Below are positions 61,396-64,000 of a stretch of 64,000 nucleotides of DNA, piece by piece. This DNA is from Acidimicrobiaceae bacterium. GTDB lineage: Bacteria; Actinomycetota; Acidimicrobiia; Acidimicrobiales; RAAP-2. Within the stretch, counting starts at the first letter, position 1, and each line of letters opens with the position of its first letter. The notes below the pieces were generated by a model that made no database searches, was not told the origin of the DNA, and worked only from the letters and a program-made list of their open reading frames with translations. The translations under genes were made by a program, and so were the position numbers. The stretch lies in assembly GCA_027306525.1 (NCBI GenBank), contig DAHUZM010000079.1:244-64243 (forward strand). Reading direction: 5' to 3'.

Positions 61396-63765
61396 ATGGC
61401 CTCGGCGTCGGAGCCTCGCGATCAAGATGCTGACGATTCCCCGGTCGGACTGACGGAGGCCGAGGCCGCCGACCGCCTGGCCCGCGTCGGTCCGAACGCT
61501 CTCGAAGGGGAGCGTCGGCACCTGGTTCGTCGGCTGGCTCGAAAGCTCACAGGCCCGGTTCCCTACCTCCTCGAGGCCGCCGTGGTCCTGGAGCTCGCCG
61601 TAGGGAAGGGCATCGAGGCGAGCATCGTCGGCGCACTGATCGTCTTCAACGGGGTCCTGAGCTTCATCCAAGAGGGTCGTGCGGCGAGCGCTTTGGCGCT
61701 CTTGCGAAGCCGACTCGCGGTCCAGGCACGGGTGCGGCGTGATGGCCGTTGGCGGCTGGTCGACGCCGAACGGCTCGTCCCGGGTGACATCGTGCATGTC
61801 CGTGTGGGCGACATCGTCCCTGCTGACGTCGCGCTGGCCACCGGGTCGGTGTCCGTCGATCAATCGGTCCTCACTGGCGAATCCGCGGACGTAGAGGTGG
61901 TCCCCGGCGGATCGTGCTACTCGGGGTCCATCGTCCGACGGGGTGAGGCGACCGGTGAGGTCACGGCCACCGGATCACGCACTTACTTCGGACATACGGC
62001 CGAGCTCGTCCGGACAGCGAAGACGGCCAGTCACCTCGAAGAGACGATCTTCAAGATCGTTTGGGCCCTGCTCGCGCTCGACGGAGGCCTCGTCGTGGCG
62101 ATTCTCGCCTACGGGCTCATCACCCATCTTCCGGCGGACGAACTGGTGCCCTTCGTCCTCATCTTGGTCGTGGCGACGGTGCCGGTTGCATTGCCTGCGA
62201 CCTTCACCCTCGCCACCTCCGTGGGCGCACTTGAGCTCGCGCACGCCGGGGTCCTCGTCACTCATCTGGCGGCCATCGAGGAAGCGGCAGCAATGGACCT
62301 TCTCTGCACCGACAAGACGGGCACCATCACCGAGAACCGCCTCTCGGTGGTCGCCGTGCACCCCTTCGGGCGGCACGATGAGCGAGACGTGCTCGCCCTG
62401 GCAGCGGTGGCATCCGACGAGGCGACCCAAGACCCCATCGACCTCGCCATCTTGCAAGCCGCGGGTCACACGGGAGCGCCGAGGGTTGGCCCGCGCCTCG
62501 GCTTCATTCCCTTCGACCCAGCGACGAAACGCTCGGAGGCCACCGTGCAAGTCGCCGGGGCCGAGCTGCGGGTGGTGAAGGGCGCTCCGGCGGTGGTCGG
62601 GGCGCTCGCCGGAGCGCGGAACCCACCGCCGGCATCGCTCGAGGCTGCGGTGGGCGAGCTCGCAGCCGGGGGTGCCCGGGTCCTGGCCGTCGCGAGTGGA
62701 CGAGGCATGCTCGAAGTCGTCGGTCTGCTGGCTCTTGGTGATCCCCTCCGTCCGGACTCCAGAGGCCTCGTCGAACGCCTCGACGCCCTCGGGGTCCGTG
62801 TCGTCATGGTCACAGGAGACGCTGCCCCGACGGCGCTCGCTGTCGCCAAGCAGGTCGGGATCGGGGAGCGCCTCGGTGAGTTGGAGGCGCTGCGCGCTCG
62901 CCGGACCGGCGAGATCGACTTTGACGTCGCGGCGGGTGTCCTTCCCGCCGACAAGTTGGCGCTCGTCGAACGCGGCCAGCACGCCGGCCATGTCGTCGGA
63001 ATGACCGGTGACGGAGTCAACGATGCTCCGGCTCTCAAGCGGGCAGAGGTCGGGATCGCGGTGTCGAGTGCGACCGACGTCGCGAAGGAGGCTGCGAGCC
63101 TCGTCCTCACCGGCGAGGGACTCTCCAACGTCGTCGCAGCCATCGAGACGGGGCGTCGGGTGTATCAACGGATGCTGACCTACACGCTGAACAAGATCGC
63201 CAAGACCTTCCAGGTGTCGCTCTTCCTCGGTGTGGGACTCCTCGCGACGGGGACATTCGTCACGACGCCGCGCCTTGTGCTCCTGTTGCTGTTCGCGAAC
63301 GACTTCGTCACGATGTCGCTTGCCACCGACCGCGTCGGCTTCTCGCCGCGCCCGGATCGCTGGCGGGTGCCGGCCCTCTCGTTCTCGGCGCTTGGTGTTG
63401 CCATCCCCTGGCTCTTCGCCTCCTTCGCCACCTTCTTCGTCGGGCGTGATGTCCTGCATCTCGAGATGGCGGCTGCCCAGACACTCGTCTTCGTGATGCT
63501 CGTGGCGACCGGGCAGGCCACCGTGTACCTCGTTCGAGAGCGGGGTCACCTCTGGTCGTCGCCTCCGAGCAGCTGGATGCTCGCAGCGACCGGCCTCGAT
63601 CTCGTCGTGGTGACGGTGCTCGCCACGCGAGGCGTCCTTATGGCTGCAGTCCCGCTCTTGGACGTCATCGTTCTCCTCGCCTCGCTGCTCGCGCTCACGG
63701 TCGGACTCGATTATCTGAAGGGTCCACTGCTCGGCCGGGTGCGCACCGAATCGACGCCTCTATGA
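61396..63765 (+). CDS. P-type ATPase, P3A-like (plasma-membrane H+-ATPase-like) cation pump
   Basis: TGES (LTGESADV), TM4 VPVALPA, CTDKTGTITENRLSV, MVTGDAAPTA, GMTGDGVNDAPALKRAEVGIAV. 789 aa with about 10 TM. Confidence 0.88.
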   Translation: MASASEPRDQDADDSPVGLTEAEAADRLARVGPNALEGERRHLVRRLARKLTGPVPYLLEAAVVLELAVGKGIEASIVGALIVFNGVLSFIQEGRAASALALLRSRLAVQARVRRDGRWRLVDAERLVPGDIVHVRVGDIVPADVALATGSVSVDQSVLTGESADVEVVPGGSCYSGSIVRRGEATGEVTATGSRTYFGHTAELVRTAKTASHLEETIFKIVWALLALDGGLVVAILAYGLITHLPADELVPFVLILVVATVPVALPATFTLATSVGALELAHAGVLVTHLAAIEEAAAMDLLCTDKTGTITENRLSVVAVHPFGRHDERDVLALAAVASDEATQDPIDLAILQAAGHTGAPRVGPRLGFIPFDPATKRSEATVQVAGAELRVVKGAPAVVGALAGARNPPPASLEAAVGELAAGGARVLAVASGRGMLEVVGLLALGDPLRPDSRGLVERLDALGVRVVMVTGDAAPTALAVAKQVGIGERLGELEALRARRTGEIDFDVAAGVLPADKLALVERGQHAGHVVGMTGDGVNDAPALKRAEVGIAVSSATDVAKEAASLVLTGEGLSNVVAAIETGRRVYQRMLTYTLNKIAKTFQVSLFLGVGLLATGTFVTTPRLVLLLLFANDFVTMSLATDRVGFSPRPDRWRVPALSFSALGVAIPWLFASFATFFVGRDVLHLEMAAAQTLVFVMLVATGQATVYLVRERGHLWSSPPSSWMLAATGLDLVVVTVLATRGVLMAAVPLLDVIVLLASLLALTVGLDYLKGPLLGRVRTESTPL

Positions 63766-64000
63766 GCAACGCGCATCGCCGGCCTCGAGTTGGGTTCCGA
63801 TCCCGCCGACCCGCGCAACGCCCGCCTCCGAGGACCTCTCGAGGGCGATCCGAGCTTCCGGCCGGTTCCGGCCGGTTCCGGCCCCGGTCGGCGAGGGTCG
63901 TTCGACCCTGGACGCTTCCCAACGCGAGTCTCACAATCGATCAGGGCGGTGCTTCGCGTCCGCGATGGATTTCGGAGGTGCGCTGCGCGGTGATCGATGT

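Noticed and set aside
63856-63883. Short tandem repeat of approximately 10 bp (gccggttccg, about 2.8 copies) downstream of the last ATPase gene. It was briefly considered as a CRISPR-like or VNTR feature.
   Set aside because: There are fewer than three units, no spacers and no second array. It is most likely a trivial slippage duplication in GC-rich intergenic DNA. No CRISPR array exists anywhere in the window.

Overview
High-GC, actinobacterial-type chromosome segment. The lineage call is an inference from gene order and codon bias; an Acidimicrobiia or freshwater-actinobacterial genome is plausible but unproven.

Positions 1-42 kb are conserved core genome:
- A sugar ABC importer and an acetoacetyl-CoA synthetase.
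- The block rho-rpmE-prfA-prmC-tsaC-like ... glyA-wecA-atpZ/I-atpBEFHAGDC, which has the same order as the Mycobacterium rho/atp region.
- GNAT, glpX, murA, meaB, treS-mak, pfk and a galT-like gene.
- A complete APS-route sulfate assimilation locus (sirC-like, cysN, cysD divergent from cysH-sirA). Its sulfite reductase is translationally coupled to an FrhB/FpoF-family iron-sulfur flavoprotein and a 98-aa ORF.

tRNA-Ala(CGC) at 41973-42045 marks the start of an accessory, decayed region running to about 54.5 kb. It holds an intact IS481-like element, two vapBC modules, a truncated and frameshifted large serine recombinase, ISL3 and IS481-like fragments, about 100-bp repeats that end in the tRNA 3' terminal 11-mer, and a CDF transporter pseudogene.

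The headline observation is a full-length heliorhodopsin gene at 53650-54423, with the Schiff-base Lys, counterion Glu and both His positions conserved. It lies between an F420/PPOX-class gene and a P2-type cation ATPase.

The window ends with an LCP protein, a methyltransferase/MerR divergent pair and a P3A-like P-type ATPase. No rRNA, CRISPR array or convincing riboswitch was seen.

Many long ORFs in the supplied track are antisense or alternative-frame artefacts of the high GC content and were not called. Start codons were refined by hand and remain approximate. All homology statements rest on motif recognition from memory, not database searches.
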